Translations under genes and position numbers: made by a program | Assembly (NCBI RefSeq): GCF_004010195.1 | Contig: NC_057735.1 | Coordinates: 11,080,065-11,144,064 of the forward strand | Source of the DNA: Chiloscyllium plagiosum | Lineage: Eukaryota | Direction: 5' to 3' | Length of the DNA stretch: 64,000 bases | In this document: in pieces, positions 50,755 through 63,764 of the stretch | Layout: each line of letters starts with the position of its first letter | Numbering within the stretch: the stretch's first letter is position 1 | The notes under the pieces: model-generated | What the model saw: the letters and a program-made list of their open reading frames with translations, nothing else | The model's database searches: none | Told to the model about the DNA's origin: nothing

Positions 50755-50842
50755 ACTTGTTGATTTGTCTCAGGTACAAAAGTAGAGTACACCAAAAACA
50801 ACCAGAATGGCCCCCAGTACACCGACCACAACGTAAACCAGA
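50755..50842 (-). CDS. Gene A neutral TM exon NLVYVVVGVLGAILVVFGV.. (frameshifted near 3' end)
   Basis: atcccag|T CTG GTT TAC GTT GTG GTC GGT..; 88 nt where 89 are needed to reach cyt1 in phase. Confidence 0.8.
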
Positions 50843-52339
50843 CTGGGATATTGAGAATAGAAAAGGGACAGTTTTAGTTCATAATCGATCCTTGGTTATT
50901 TGATGCAAGAACTACATTAAGAAAGACTTTCATGATCTCAGGACATCCAAAAGCAATGCAGGAAGTGAAATACTTGTATCAAATGTTGTATTGGCAAACA
51001 TGGTATTCAATTTGCACAGAGTATGCTTCCACAAATAATAATTAGGAATTAAGGGTTTGCCCGAAACATTGATTTTCCTACACTTCGGATGTTGCCTGAC
51101 CTGCTGTGCTTTTCCAGCACCACTCTAATCTTGACTCTGATCTCCAGCATCTGCAGTATCTAACTCCGCCTTGTCAATAACTGAATAACAACCGAAGAGC
51201 TGACCTATGATCACTTTCGCCTACTTCATTTACACAAACTTATGCAGCAAAAATGCAGATATGACCGCAAATAGAATTTATAAACTTTCAATGCATTTTG
51301 AATCAGGGTATTATCTGTTTAAAAACAAATGAATAACATGTGCTGGAGACCTGAATGAAAAACAGAAGTTGCTGGAAAGGTATAATCAGACAGTATCTGG
51401 GGGTTGCTTCGGATGTGGACTAGAATTGTGAAGAATTCTGCACTGAACTATTTCTGCCCAAATGTGGACTAAATCACACTGCGTTTCCAATATTCTCCAT
51501 TTCTGACTGACACTTAAGTGGCACTTTCTCTTCATCACCATTGTAACTTCAAAGAATTATTTCCTCAGTGTTTATATCACACTTACAGTTCCTGCAGCTT
51601 ATTTCCGACAGCTCAGGCTGATGAACTCAGGCTAAAGCCTAATGCTGCAAGCTATCTGTCCCTGTGCAGAGGTATCACTTCAAACCTTCCTTTTCACCAG
51701 CAGGAATGACACTATCCTGAAACGTCACTCAAGATCACAGCAGCAAGGTACGTTTGGCAAGCAGGGGACATCACACATGATGTAGTTTAATGGTGAAGTA
51801 ATGAAGCTGAGCAATGCCATCTGAGGGCCAACAAAATAGAAACAATTATTTTCCATTTGTGCTTTTCAAAAACAATTGAACCTTTAATATGGAACTAACA
51901 CAGGAGCCCAATATAAACCCAGCACCATTTTCATTTCCAAAATAACAAAACCTTTCACTTATGTGGCTAAAACTGTTAAAAAAAATTGTTCATCTCGCAC
52001 ATGGAATCAAAACAAATAATATCATACTTTTCATGGGAATTCTTTCCTGGGGACTGGTTTTGACTGGTCGAGAAATTTCCACTTGTAATTGTGGAATGTG
52101 TAGTTCCTGGTGATGTTGTTGACGAAACAGCACAAGTATATTGTTCACCTGTTAAAACAAGGGAATGATGTTCAGATTCATCTCCCTTTCTCTTGTTGTT
52201 ACCCAAGAGAACTTTATGAACAAATGGAACCTCATTACTTGGGGAAAAGCCTATTTGCTAGCATGGAGTTTTGCATTATTGTCCCTTCCCTGGTAACAAT
52301 GACACATATAAGTGGGCTAATTCTACTGAAAATGTTAGA

Positions 52340-53990
52340 GTGATAGTCAGTGCGGAAATAGATCCTTTGGTTCAAATTATCAAACAAGTTTCCCAAAATA
52401 AACTAGTTCCACTTGTCTGCCTTTGGCCCATATCCCTCTAAACCTTTACTATTCATGTATCTATCCAACTGTCATTTAAATGCTGTAACTGTACCTCCAT
52501 CTACCAGATTCTCTGGCAGCTCATTCCACATATGAGCCACACTCGGGAGGGGGGGTGGGTGGGTTGTTGCACCTCAGGTCCATTTATCATTTTTCTCCTC
52601 TTTCATTACACTTATGCCCCCTCACTTAGAACTCTCCATTTGCTCTGCTATTCATCTAATTTATACACCTCATGATTTTCTAAACCTCGATAAAGTCACC
52701 TCCCAACCTCCTCCGCTCCAGTGAAAAAAGTCCCAGCCTATCCTTATCACTCAAACCCTGCAGTCACAGCAACATCTTAGCAGATCTTTTCTGAAATCTC
52801 TTCAGTTTAATAATATCCTTCCTAAAGCAGGGTGACTAGAACTGTACACACGAAACCAAAAGTGGCCTCATCATCATTCTGTACAAGTGCAACATGATGT
52901 TCCAACTCTGACAGTCAATGATCTGAGCAACGATGGTAAACATGTGAAATACCTTCTTACCACCCTGTCTACCTGTGATGCAAATTTCAAAGATCCTCTG
53001 AGTTTCTCTGTTCGCTAGCACAATCCAGGGCCCAACTTATAATTGTATAAGCCCTGTCCTTGTTCATTTTACCAAAAGGCTATAGCTCTCATTGATATAA
53101 ATTAAACTCCATCTGCCAATCCCCAGCCCATTGGCTCAACTGATCAAGATCCCTTTGTAATCATAGATAACCTATATCACTGTCAACAATACCACCAATT
53201 TTGGTGCCATCCATGAACTTACTAACAATGTCTTCTAATTTCTCATTCAAATTATTTGTATAAATTACACTGATCCCTGCAGAACACCACTGATCACAGG
53301 CCTCCAATCCAAACAAATGACCCTCCATCACCACCCTCTGTCTCCTGTCATCAAGCTAATTTTGATTCAATTGGCAAGCTCACCTTGAATCCCATCCCTA
53401 ACTCTACGTATCAGTCCAATGTGGAACCTTGTTATAATCCATATAAACAACACCTAATGCTCTGCCCTCATCATTTTTTTGGCTAAAAAAAATCAGTCAA
53501 GTTTGTAATACACAATTTCACACACCCTAATCAGTTTGTGGCTCTCCGTATGTATGTAAATTCTCAAAATCCCCTCCAATAACTTACCCACCACTGATGT
53601 CAGACTCAAAGATCTATAATTCCTTTACTTCTCCATACAGCCTTTCCTGAATGAAGGGACAACATTAGCTCCAGTCATCCGGCACCTCACACGTGATTGT
53701 GGATGACACAAATAGCTCACCTCGGGGCCCCATAATTTCTTCCCTAATTTCCCACATTGCCCTGGGAGACATTTGATTGGGTCCTAGAAATTAATCCATT
53801 GTTATATATTTTAAGACTTTCAGCACTTCTTCTTCGATAATGTGGACTGTTTTCATGACATCAAAGTTTATTTCCCTGAGTTCCCCAACCTTCCTGTCTT
53901 TTTCCACAGTAAAATGTTCAAAATATTTGTTTACTTTCTGTCCTATCTACTGTGGTTCCACACAAAGATGCTCTTGGCTACTTTATTTCC
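52340..53990 (-). mobile_element. Degenerate CR1 LINE in gene A C2-stalk intron
   Basis: aaactccatctgccaatccccagcccattgg.. (rc QWA..WQMEFN); SWNIMLHLYRMMMRPLL. Confidence 0.8.
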
Positions 53991-56900
53991 TGAATCTGAG
54001 AGCTGATGTGTTACATCTCGATTTGTTAAAGGCTTTGGGCTGGTAACTAACACCAGATATCCTACGTGTTTAAAACCACAGGTTTCACATGGAGCTGTCA
54101 CTTACTGATACAGGCAGGGGTTACTTATATCCTGTAAGCTTGCAGGAATAATGGGAAACTTATCCACAGGCACATACCCACCATCTCCTGAACCGTATGT
54201 AGCCATGAGGCAGAAAGATGAGGTTCCCCATCTCTGAGGAGTACTCAGCCAACACGGCTTGGGTGTGTTTTAAATGAATTACTTTGGCAACAATTAACCT
54301 GTTAATTCATTATCTTTTAATCTTTAATGGCCAGCTTTTGTTGCCCATTCCTAATTACCCCTGACTGAGTGACTTTCTAAACCTTTTGAAGAGGGCAGTT
54401 AGGAACAAACTGGAGGCCCATGTAGAGCAGACCTGGAAAGGCTAGAGATTTCCTTCCCTAAAGGACATTAATGAATCAGATGGGTTTTGGTACATCACAG
54501 GATCTGAGGAGATGGAAACAAACAGTTGGAATGCAACAATATCTCAAACTTAAATTGCAGCAGCCAATAGCATTGAAATAATTCTATCAAAAATCTGATT
54601 GTTTTTAGTAACATTGATTGAGGAATGAATGCTTGCTCGAACACCAGGAGAACCTCTATTCTGTAAATAGTTTACATATGGTGCCATTCCTAAAGGGGGA
54701 ACAGGTTCTCAGTTTCTCACCTCATCGATACTGTCTCACCTGCCACAGCACAGCATTACTTCTCTCTGCTGGGCAGTGGGATCCAGCCGAATCTTAACCC
54801 CGAAGGGGAACTGGAACCCCCAACATGCTGCCATCAGAAGTGAGAGTGCAGCCACATGAGCTGCTGCTGATAGTTCCAAATACAGTTCCCGGGTGTCACT
54901 TCGACTTGATGCTGACTTGCTTCTTCTCTGACAGCTCAAACAGATCATATCAGGAAATGGCTGCAGGCAAGAGTATTGGTTTAAATCAGAACTGACAATG
55001 AAACAAGTGGAGTGCATTTTATAACTTACAGTTTTGCAGAATGAGATGTTAAACATGTGCATCACACTTACCGATGCAATTGGCATTTATTTTATAACTG
55101 CAGTTCTTCTTTGTTACATTATTGACTGAGACATGAACAATTTCACTGGGTTTTGTTCCCTGAGTATTTGAGGTTGTGCAGTAATATTGATGATGTTGCC
55201 GTGTGAAAGATTGACAATGTAGATCCAGTTTATTGGTGTCAGAGATCTTTGAATCTTGAGATGGGGTCTTCTCAGACCATGTGTAGTGAATGGGGACAGA
55301 TCCCTGGGCAGACTCACAGGAGACTGTCATTGAGCCCCCAGAACATGAGACAGTAAGTGGGGATAAATATCGAAGTCCGAACATGAGACAGTAAGTGGGG
55401 ATAAATATCGAAGTCCAGGAGCAGAGGTAGCTTCTGTGGGGAAGAAACAATTATTGAGAGATCAAAGATCAAATATCCTTCAATACTTGGCCAGTTTTCT
55501 TCCTGGATAAAACACTGATCAGATATATCAGCTGAGAGTAATTTAAAAAAGTCACTGAAACATTTACCATCAGAGATGTGCAGCTCTACATTAAACATTG
55601 GGTCAAGGCCAGGAGTCTCAATCCCACAGCTGTCTGTACCATCCTGCATCTCCCCATTGAAGGTTCGTGATTGTGACAAGAAATATTCCTTGTGTTTTGT
55701 TATCAGTGATTGATATTCTCCCATTTGGCCAATTTGTCATTGCTATAACCTTACACTGACGAGTCCATCCTTGACACCGATATTTCATGTTTGATTGGTA
55801 CTGCTGCGCTTCGGAGTGACAAGATATTGTGATTGCTCTTCCCAAAATTCCCGTTATGTGTTTCTCTGTCCATAAAGCATCTGAAACTGAGGAGACAATA
55901 TTTCAGAAATTTGACTGGAAAAAACTCCTTAATACATTTTAATCAGCTACATTGCATCTAGCTCATGGTGAAGTTAATCCCTTATCACAGCGTCAGGCTG
56001 TTCCAAATTCCCAGGGAATGATTGAAACAGTTGGGATATTTTCTTTCCCCACTGGTCGAGCTTTGGGACAATCTTGAAATTGGGTTTGTGCTGCCCGCAG
56101 TGGGCTCTAACTCCAACGTGTGTGACATCATCGAAATGTTTCCCCCCCCGGAGAGCAGCCTGAGTGACAGGCCTGGATTGGAGTTGGCTGGGGATCAGTG
56201 TGAAGGAGGGCACAGATGCTGATTGGTCCTTACTGTGACTGGAGGAGAAGGGACTGTGTGTAGACTTATGGTGGGCTCAGGGGCTACATTTCCAAGGCTC
56301 ATGGGGCAGATACAACAGGTGACCCAGGAGGATGATGGGAGACCTGATGTGGGAGAAGAAGAGAATTGAAGTTCAGCAAGGGATGGTTCACGATGGGAGA
56401 GAGACATCAATGTGGAGGATCTTGAGGGCAGTAAAGGCAGGATGGTTTGTAATCACACATTGTTGTCAGTGTGAGGAGAGAAAAATAACAGAATTATTTA
56501 CTGATTTTGCTGAGTGTTGCTTAATGAGAAAATATTTAAATTGCTGCCACATTGTGTCCCGGTGGGGAAGAGGAGCAGCCTGTTGATGACGGGGTAAATT
56601 TACTTCAATAAATAGCAGACTAACAGGCTTGTTGGGAGAACCGCCCTTTGTGTGGGGAAGAATTTTCAAGCAAAATGACAAAAAGGGTTTTCAACCTCAG
56701 TGAAGAGGTGGAGAAGAGAGAAGAAAGGGAGGAAGATACATGAATGATGAAAGGTGATGAAAGCCAGGAAACAGAGACCTTATTGGATAAAGGAAGCTTT
56801 GAAAGAAAGAGAATTGTGAAAACAGAGGGATGCACACTTCAGGTTTCTATCTGTGAAGTATTCTGCATGAAGTTGGTGGGTCAGAGCCACAACATGTTTC

Positions 56901-57072
56901 AGGAAGGTTTCATGTAACAGAATTCATTGCGTTGTAGCTTAGAGTCAATGCAACATGGGAATTTTAATCTTGAGTGTTTCAAAATCATTAGTGGAGAGAT
57001 TGCAATGATGAACAATACTTTTATTGCAGTGTTACATTGTAACATGTAAACCAATGGGATTGAAAGATAGTA

Positions 57073-57280
57073 GCTGGAACAGAGCAGCAGGTCAGGCAGC
57101 ATCCAGGTAACAGGAGAATTGACGTTTCGGGCATAAGCCCTTCTTCAGGGGATTCCTGAAGAAGGGCTTATGCCCGAAACGTCGATTCTCCTGTTCCCCG
57201 GATGCTGCCTGACCTGCTGCGCTGTTCCAGCAACACATTTTAAGCTCTGATCTCGAGCATCTGCAGACCTCACCTTCTCC
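57073..57280. mobile_element. PLE family-1 mini-palindrome with back-to-back hammerheads
   Basis: gacgtttcgggcataagcccttcttcagg gga ttcctgaagaagggcttatgcccgaaacgtc; TSD attgaaagatagta 57059-57072 / 57281-57294; empty site ~39110. Confidence 0.88.
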
Positions 57281-59727
57281 ATTGAAAGATAGTAAACAAC
57301 TTGATTCAAGTTAGACTGAAAGGAAAAAAAGCTTTTTTATGCAAAGAGAAGTGTAAAACGTCCATCTGCTTTTGTGACTGAGCCTCACAGATGTATACTT
57401 AATGAACTGGATTTCTAAACTAAAATAACAGAAATAAAAGCAAACTCAAGATGTTTTGTTTGAGGCCTTATTTCCACCCTAGTTTTAGTGGCTACTGAAC
57501 ATTGAAAATTTTGGACAAATTAAGGTAATTATGATGCTTTATTTTTGATTTAAAATCAACATTATTTATCCTTTTTATTTAATGAATAATTAATGCTACT
57601 CTGAAGTATTTGGGAACTCTGCCACCTGGGATGATAATATGTTCGGGAGCGGCAGTACATTTTGTAATGTTGTTCAGGTATGCATGGGACAGACAAAGCA
57701 AATGCTGTGTCTGTTTTCTGCAGCTTATCACTTGCCTGAGTTGTTGCAATGTGAAGGGTGGCAACCTGCATTGAATAAACATGACTTGGAATCTCACCCA
57801 GTCCTGCTCCCTACCCTGGGTATGTTGGAAGGTTGATAATGAACCTGTTTGGTTTTGTGAGAATACACATTCCTTTGCAAAAGTGCTGAATGAGAATCAA
57901 ACTCTCAGCATTTGACACGGCAATAACAATGTTACCCATTGTGTCACAAGCTCTGCCTTTATCCCTTTATACATCTTCAGCAATTTAAACATTTCCACTG
58001 CATAAACCACACACTGGACTTCAAGAAACATTGGTTTCTAAATATACAACTCAGATGATCACTCACCAGGAATGGAACAAAAGTCTACATTGATTTATTC
58101 ACAAAGTTCATGATGTCAGTCTCTCAGCTCTGTTCCTCACTTTGAAATAAGTGTGGACTGCAATGTCTACAAGACGTTAAATGAGTAAGAGGATATCGGA
58201 AACCAGCTTCTGAGACCACAGTGAGCCAGAGAGTGGAATTTAACCCTAAAGACATTTTTCTTCGATCAGTTATACTCAACAGAAGAACTAACTTCATATT
58301 CATTGAAACAATAGAAAATTCTGAAATCAAGACAGTTAATGCATTAGGTGCAGAGGTAATGTTGACCCAAGCTTAGTATTTATAGTGAAATCCCAGGTGA
58401 ATGATTACTGGCTTATTCTCTCATGTTCTTAAATTTCAACAATAATTTTTGGCAAATATAGATTTCTTTTCCAAAAATTAATCATGCAGCTAAAAAAGAA
58501 CTGTTTTGAATATTTTGTCTGTTTGCAGAATCTGCCTCCTGTTAGCGTTGAATAATTATTGTGTCAGGATCTGAACTTCTAGATATGCAGGAGAAGGACA
58601 CCCTCTGCTCCATTTCCACTAGATCCAAGGAAACAAGACATGGGGCCGATTTCAGGCAAAGAAAGGAACTCAACAACAGAGAAAAAATTCAGGGGGAAGT
58701 GAGCTGTGATTGAGTAACTGGGAGTGAACTTCAATTCCAAGGTGAGGATCCCTCTGGTGAACCGACTGACATGGGGCTTTGTATTCACCAGGACATGGTT
58801 GATGATGAGTGAGTCTGGTGAACCATGCTGGGTTTCACCTTTGAGAAGATCAAAGGGACTGACACGCTTCATCAACCGTGCTCATCCCCAGCCCCAATGC
58901 TGAAGGCAGTGCCCCCACCTTAACCTTTAATATGGAAGGAGAGTCACTGGAGTCATTACCCAGAGACTGAACCAACGAGGACCATCGCAATGCTCTGTCT
59001 GGGAAACAGAAACAATACGTTGGGTAAACTCCTGGAGAACACTTGGAAACATTTGGGAGTTAATATCCCAATGGGGATGAAACCCCTCTGCTGTCAGGTC
59101 ACCAGTGTCTGAGGGTCAGAAACAGAGAGCAGAGATCCCCCAGCCCCTGAATGACATGGACACTGTAGAATCAGTTGGAAAAATAGACCAGATTGAAAAA
59201 TATGATTCTGTGATGAAACAGTGATGGCAGCAGTTATTAACAAAGTGAAGAATATCTGATCTAATTGTCAGGGGTCCTGTAAAGTGACTTGTTCAGTGTC
59301 AAAGCCATATCCTGGTAGACGGGCACTCAGCAGTTTTTAAAAGACCGTTCTTCTGAGACAAACAATTGCAGGACCTGGAGCTGCCACAAATCCCCTCCCC
59401 CATTCGGATGGATGTCCCATTTGCTCTGGAATGGTGCAGTGATCCACCCACAACATGGACATGAGCCTGTCCCAGGAGGTTTCCTTCCCAGAGATTGTGA
59501 TCAATGGGCTGGGTCTGAAAATTCTCAATACAGCCTTGAATGACCCAGAGTGCACCACCCACAATATCCTGTTTATTAACACTTACTCTCATTGTACATC
59601 CATGGGTATTTATCACACATTCTCCTTGATAATATTTGCATTTTTCTTATAGTGCCAAATGACAATGAACATCAAAACATGCAACAAGTGTGGAAACGTA
59701 TTTTTTACACCTCAACTTCTCAAAATG

Positions 59728-60060
59728 GACAGCACAGTGGCTCTGTGGTTAACACTGCTGCCTCACAGCCCCAGTTCCCTGGGTTCGTTTCAAACCTTGG
59801 GTGACTGCGTCAATTTTACTCATTTTTCGTCTGTCTGTGTGGGTTTCCTCAAGTTGCTAAAGTTTTTTTCCCACTGTCTACCAATATGCAGGTGAGGTGG
59901 AATGGTCATGCTGAATTGCCCATTGTGTCTCGGGATGTGCAGTGTCAGTGGGTTAGCCATGGGAAATGTGTGGCTATGGGAACAGAGTGGGGTTCTGGGT
60001 CTAGTGGGAAGTTCTTCAGAAGGGGCCAAATGACCTCCTTCTGCACTGTAGGGATTCTAG
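59728..60060 (+). mobile_element. HE1-type SINE (paralog of 41725 and 63765 copies)
   Basis: gtggttaacactgctgcctcacagcccc...gggattctag. Confidence 0.7.
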
Positions 60061-60594
60061 AATTCTCAGTTACATTCCTCATTGACCAGGAACCTGTTGA
60101 GGGTTTAATGGAATGGACCCAAACTGAATGTGTGTTCATTTACAATGAGCCATTCACATGCACCATGCTGCAGATAGAAACATTTTTAGAAATAAAGTAA
60201 TTTTGGGGGGAAAATTATTTTACCAGATTTAAATTTTAATTTGATAAAATTTTTAAATTATTCAATTCCTTTGAAGTTAACTTGAATTATAAGATGTGTG
60301 ATAGAAATTCAAATTATTCCAGAATGATAGGTGGATTTGCAGCTTTCTAAACACAGTGAGCTGAGAAGTACATTCACTTCTTTCAAAACCTTGTCATTAG
60401 TGTGTTATTGAATATGGCAAGTTGGATTCATATAGCATCTACAAAAATGTAAAACTGGAGGAGAGATATAGATGAGTGTAAGTTGGAAGATTCAATGCCA
60501 GCTGGAATGATGTTGGAATGATTGAGCATGAAGCTAACAACATCATGAATGAGTTGATGTGCGTATGGGTGTGAGAGAAAGAGTGTGTACATAA

Positions 60595-60935
60595 TAGAAC
60601 ACAGAATATAGAACGTTACAGCACACTAAGTGCTCTTCAGTCCTCGATTTTGTGCTGACCTGCGAAAATAATCTGATGCCCATCTAATCTACACCGTTCC
60701 ATTATTATCAGTGTGTATGTCCAATGCCCATTTAAATGCCCTTAATGTCGACGAGTCTACTACTGTTACAGGCAGGCCCTTCCACATCCCTTCTACTCTC
60801 TGACTGAAGAAACTACCTCTATATTTGTCGCAAATCTATCACCCCTCAATTTAAAGCTATGTCCCCTCGTGTTAGCCATCACCATCCGAGGAAAAAGGCT
60901 CTCACTGTCCACCCTATTTAAAGCTCTGATTATCG
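60595..60935 (-). mobile_element. CR1 LINE 3' end
   Basis: agaacacagaatatagaac tail; inverted relative to 63130-63445. Confidence 0.75.
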
Positions 60936-61229
60936 TATTGGAGCACTAGTCAGGGTGTAGAATTCTGGCGGTGAGTCAATGTAATAGACATCTCCCTCCC
61001 AATGACAAAGTTCATGAACTTTTTGAAGGCTTTTGGAAGAGTTTGTTAATGTCCCCCGTTATAACACTTGGTGATATATTCCTTGACTCCTGAGTTATTT
61101 GTCACACAGTTCCAGGACTATCTGGAATGTTCCGTGGTGTAGAAACGTTAGCTCCAGTTTACAGCAGTTTAAATGATAACTCTTTTTCTGGTCCTTTGCA
61201 ATGTGCCCTGTAGATTAATTGACAAAGCT

Positions 61230-63445
61230 TCTCTCAGTTTTTGCCTGTCCTAGGGAGAGGTATATACCACAGGGTCAGAGTTATAGCAGGGGGCAAGTCA
61301 ATTACAATGTGATTAGACAAGATTGAAGATACATAGGATGGGGAAGGAAACTTCAAGGGATGGGCACAATTGAAATGCGTAGCTTATTCAAGGAACAGCT
61401 ACTGTGGATCTTTGATAAGTATGTACCTGTCAGGCAGGGAGGAAGTTGTTGAGCGCAGGAGCCGTGGTTTACTAAGAAAGTTGAATATCTTGTCAAGACG
61501 AAGATGAAGGCATATGTTAGGATGAGATGTGATGGCTCAGTTAGGGCGATTGAGAGTGTCAGGGTAGCTAGGAAATACCTAAAGTCAGAGATAAGAAGAG
61601 CCAGGTGGGGACATGAGAAGTTGTTGACGTATAGGATCAAGGAAAACCCTTAGGCTATCTACTGCTATATCAGGAATAAAAGAACAACTGGAGCGAGATG
61701 AGGGTGAATCAAGGCTAGTAGGAGAAATTGGTGCGTGGAGTCAGTTGAGAGAGGAAAAGCACTAAATGATTACTTTTCATCAGTATTCACATTAGATAAA
61801 GACAATGTTGTTGAGGAGAATACTGAGATACAGGCTGTTAGACTGGATGGGATTGAGGTTCACAAGGAGGGGGTGTTAGCAATTCTGGAAAGTGTAAGAA
61901 TAGATGCGTCCTGGGCCAGATGGAATTTATCCGTGGATTCTCTGGGAAGCTGGGGAGGAGATTGCTGACCCTTTGGCTTTGATCTTTATGTCACCATTAT
62001 CTCCAGGAATTGTACTTGAAGACTGGAGGATAGCAAATGCTGTTCCATTGTGCAAAAAGGGAGTAGAGACCACCCTGGTAATTATAGACCAGTGAGCCTT
62101 ACTTCGGTTGTTGGTACAGTGTTGGAAAAGGTTATAAGAGCTAGGATCCATAATCATCTAGAAGTGAATAAGGTGATTAGGGATAGTCAACACCAACACA
62201 GTTTGTGAAGGGTAGGTCATGCCTCACAAACCTGATTGAGTTCTTTCAAGAGGTGACAAAACAGGTGGATGAGGGTAAAACAGTTGATGTGGTGTATATG
62301 GATTTCAGTAAGGCATTCGAGAAGGCTCCTCACGGTAAGCCTTTGCACAAAATACAGAGGCATGGGATTGATGGGGATTTAATGGTTTGGGTCAGAAATT
62401 GGCAAGCTGAAAGAAGACTGAGGGTGGTGATTGTTGGGAAATATCCATCCTGGAGTTCAGTTACCAGTGGTGTACCACAAGGATCTGTTTTGAGTCCACT
62501 GGTGTTTGTCATCTTTATAAATGACTTGGATGAGGGCATAGAAGGATGGGTTAGTAAATTTGTGAATGACACTGAGTTTGTTGGCATTGTGGATAGTGAC
62601 GAAGGATATTGTATGCTACAGAGGGACATAGATAAGCTGCAGAGCTGGGCTGAAAGGTGGCAAATGGAGTTTAATGTGGATAAGTGGGAGGTGATTCACT
62701 TTGGAAGGCGTAATAGGAATACAGAGTACTGGGCTAATGGATAGTTTCTTATTAATGTAGATGAGCAGAGAGATCTCAGTGTCCATGTACATAGCTCCTT
62801 GAAAGTTGCCACATTGGTCGATAGGATTGTTAAGAAGTCATACGGTGTGTTAACGTTTATTGGTAGAGGGACTGAGTTTCAGAACCATGAGATCATGCTG
62901 CAGCTGTGCAAAACTCTGGTGCGGCAGCACTTGGACTATTACGCATAATTCTGGTCTCCACTTTATAGGAAGGATGTGGAAGATTTCAGAGGAGATTTAC
63001 TTAGATGTTGACTGGTATAGAGGGAAGGTGTTATGAGGAAATGCTGAGGGACTTGACTGTTTTCGTTCGAGAGAAGAAGGTTGAGAGGTGAATTGATTGA
63101 GACATATAAGATATTCAGAGGGTGAGACAGAGTGGACAGTGAGTGCCTTTTTCCTCGGATGGTGATTGCTAGCATGAGGGGACATAGCTTTAAATTGAGG
63201 GGTGATAGATATAGGACAGATGTCAGTGGTAGTTTCTTTACTCAGAGTGGTAGGGACGTGGAATGCATTGACTGCAACAGTAGATTCACCAACTTTAAGT
63301 GCATTCAAATGGTCATTGGATAGGCATATGGAAGAGAATGAAATAGTGTAGGTTAGATGGGGTTCAGATTGGTTTCACAGGTCAGCGAAACATCGAGGGC
63401 TGAAGGGCCTGTACTGCGCTGTAATGTTCTATGTTCTATGTTCCT
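61230..63445 (+). mobile_element. CR1 LINE ORF2 (RT) with 3' tail, frameshifted
   Basis: KGRSCLTNLIEFF..VYMDFSKAF..SGVPQGSVLSPLVFVIFINDLD; tail gttctatgttctatgttc. Confidence 0.93.
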
Positions 63446-63764
63446 CTTTGAAATTTGTAAACTACATCACATTCAGACAGGACCCGTATAAATCTGTCCA
63501 CTCTTTGTTCCATCCACATCAAACAATGTCCTTCAAATGGACCAGGACCAGGACCCACAACATTAGGCTCCTGTCCCAGGGCAGTTCTCTCTCCAATTTA
63601 CAGACAAAAGTAACTAACACTGAATGTCATTGGACATCCATGGGTATCACACATCCTCCTTGTTAATATTAACACTTTTTTCTTTTAGTGTCAAAGGACA
63701 ATAAACATCAAATCACGTAACAACTGTGAAAACGTGTTTTTTATACCTCACCTTCTCAAAAATG

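Larger units (their letters stand above)
47183..58090 (-). pseudogene. Gene A: inhibitory CD300/pIgR-like (MDIR-like) receptor pseudogene; L 58067-58090, V 55568-55886, C2 55072-55433, stalk 52028-52148, TM 50755-50842, cyt1 49476-49528, ITIM exon 47183-47494
   Basis: All seven exons have GT/AG boundaries; lesions: leader ATG TAG plus 13-nt loss, 4-nt duplication in V, 38-nt duplication in C2, TM exon 1 nt short. Confidence 0.88.

Noticed and set aside
55072-55886. +4 (V) and +38 (C2) insertions sum to 42, suggesting compensating frameshifts
   Set aside because: A TGA at 55618-55620 intervenes and the leader is also dead
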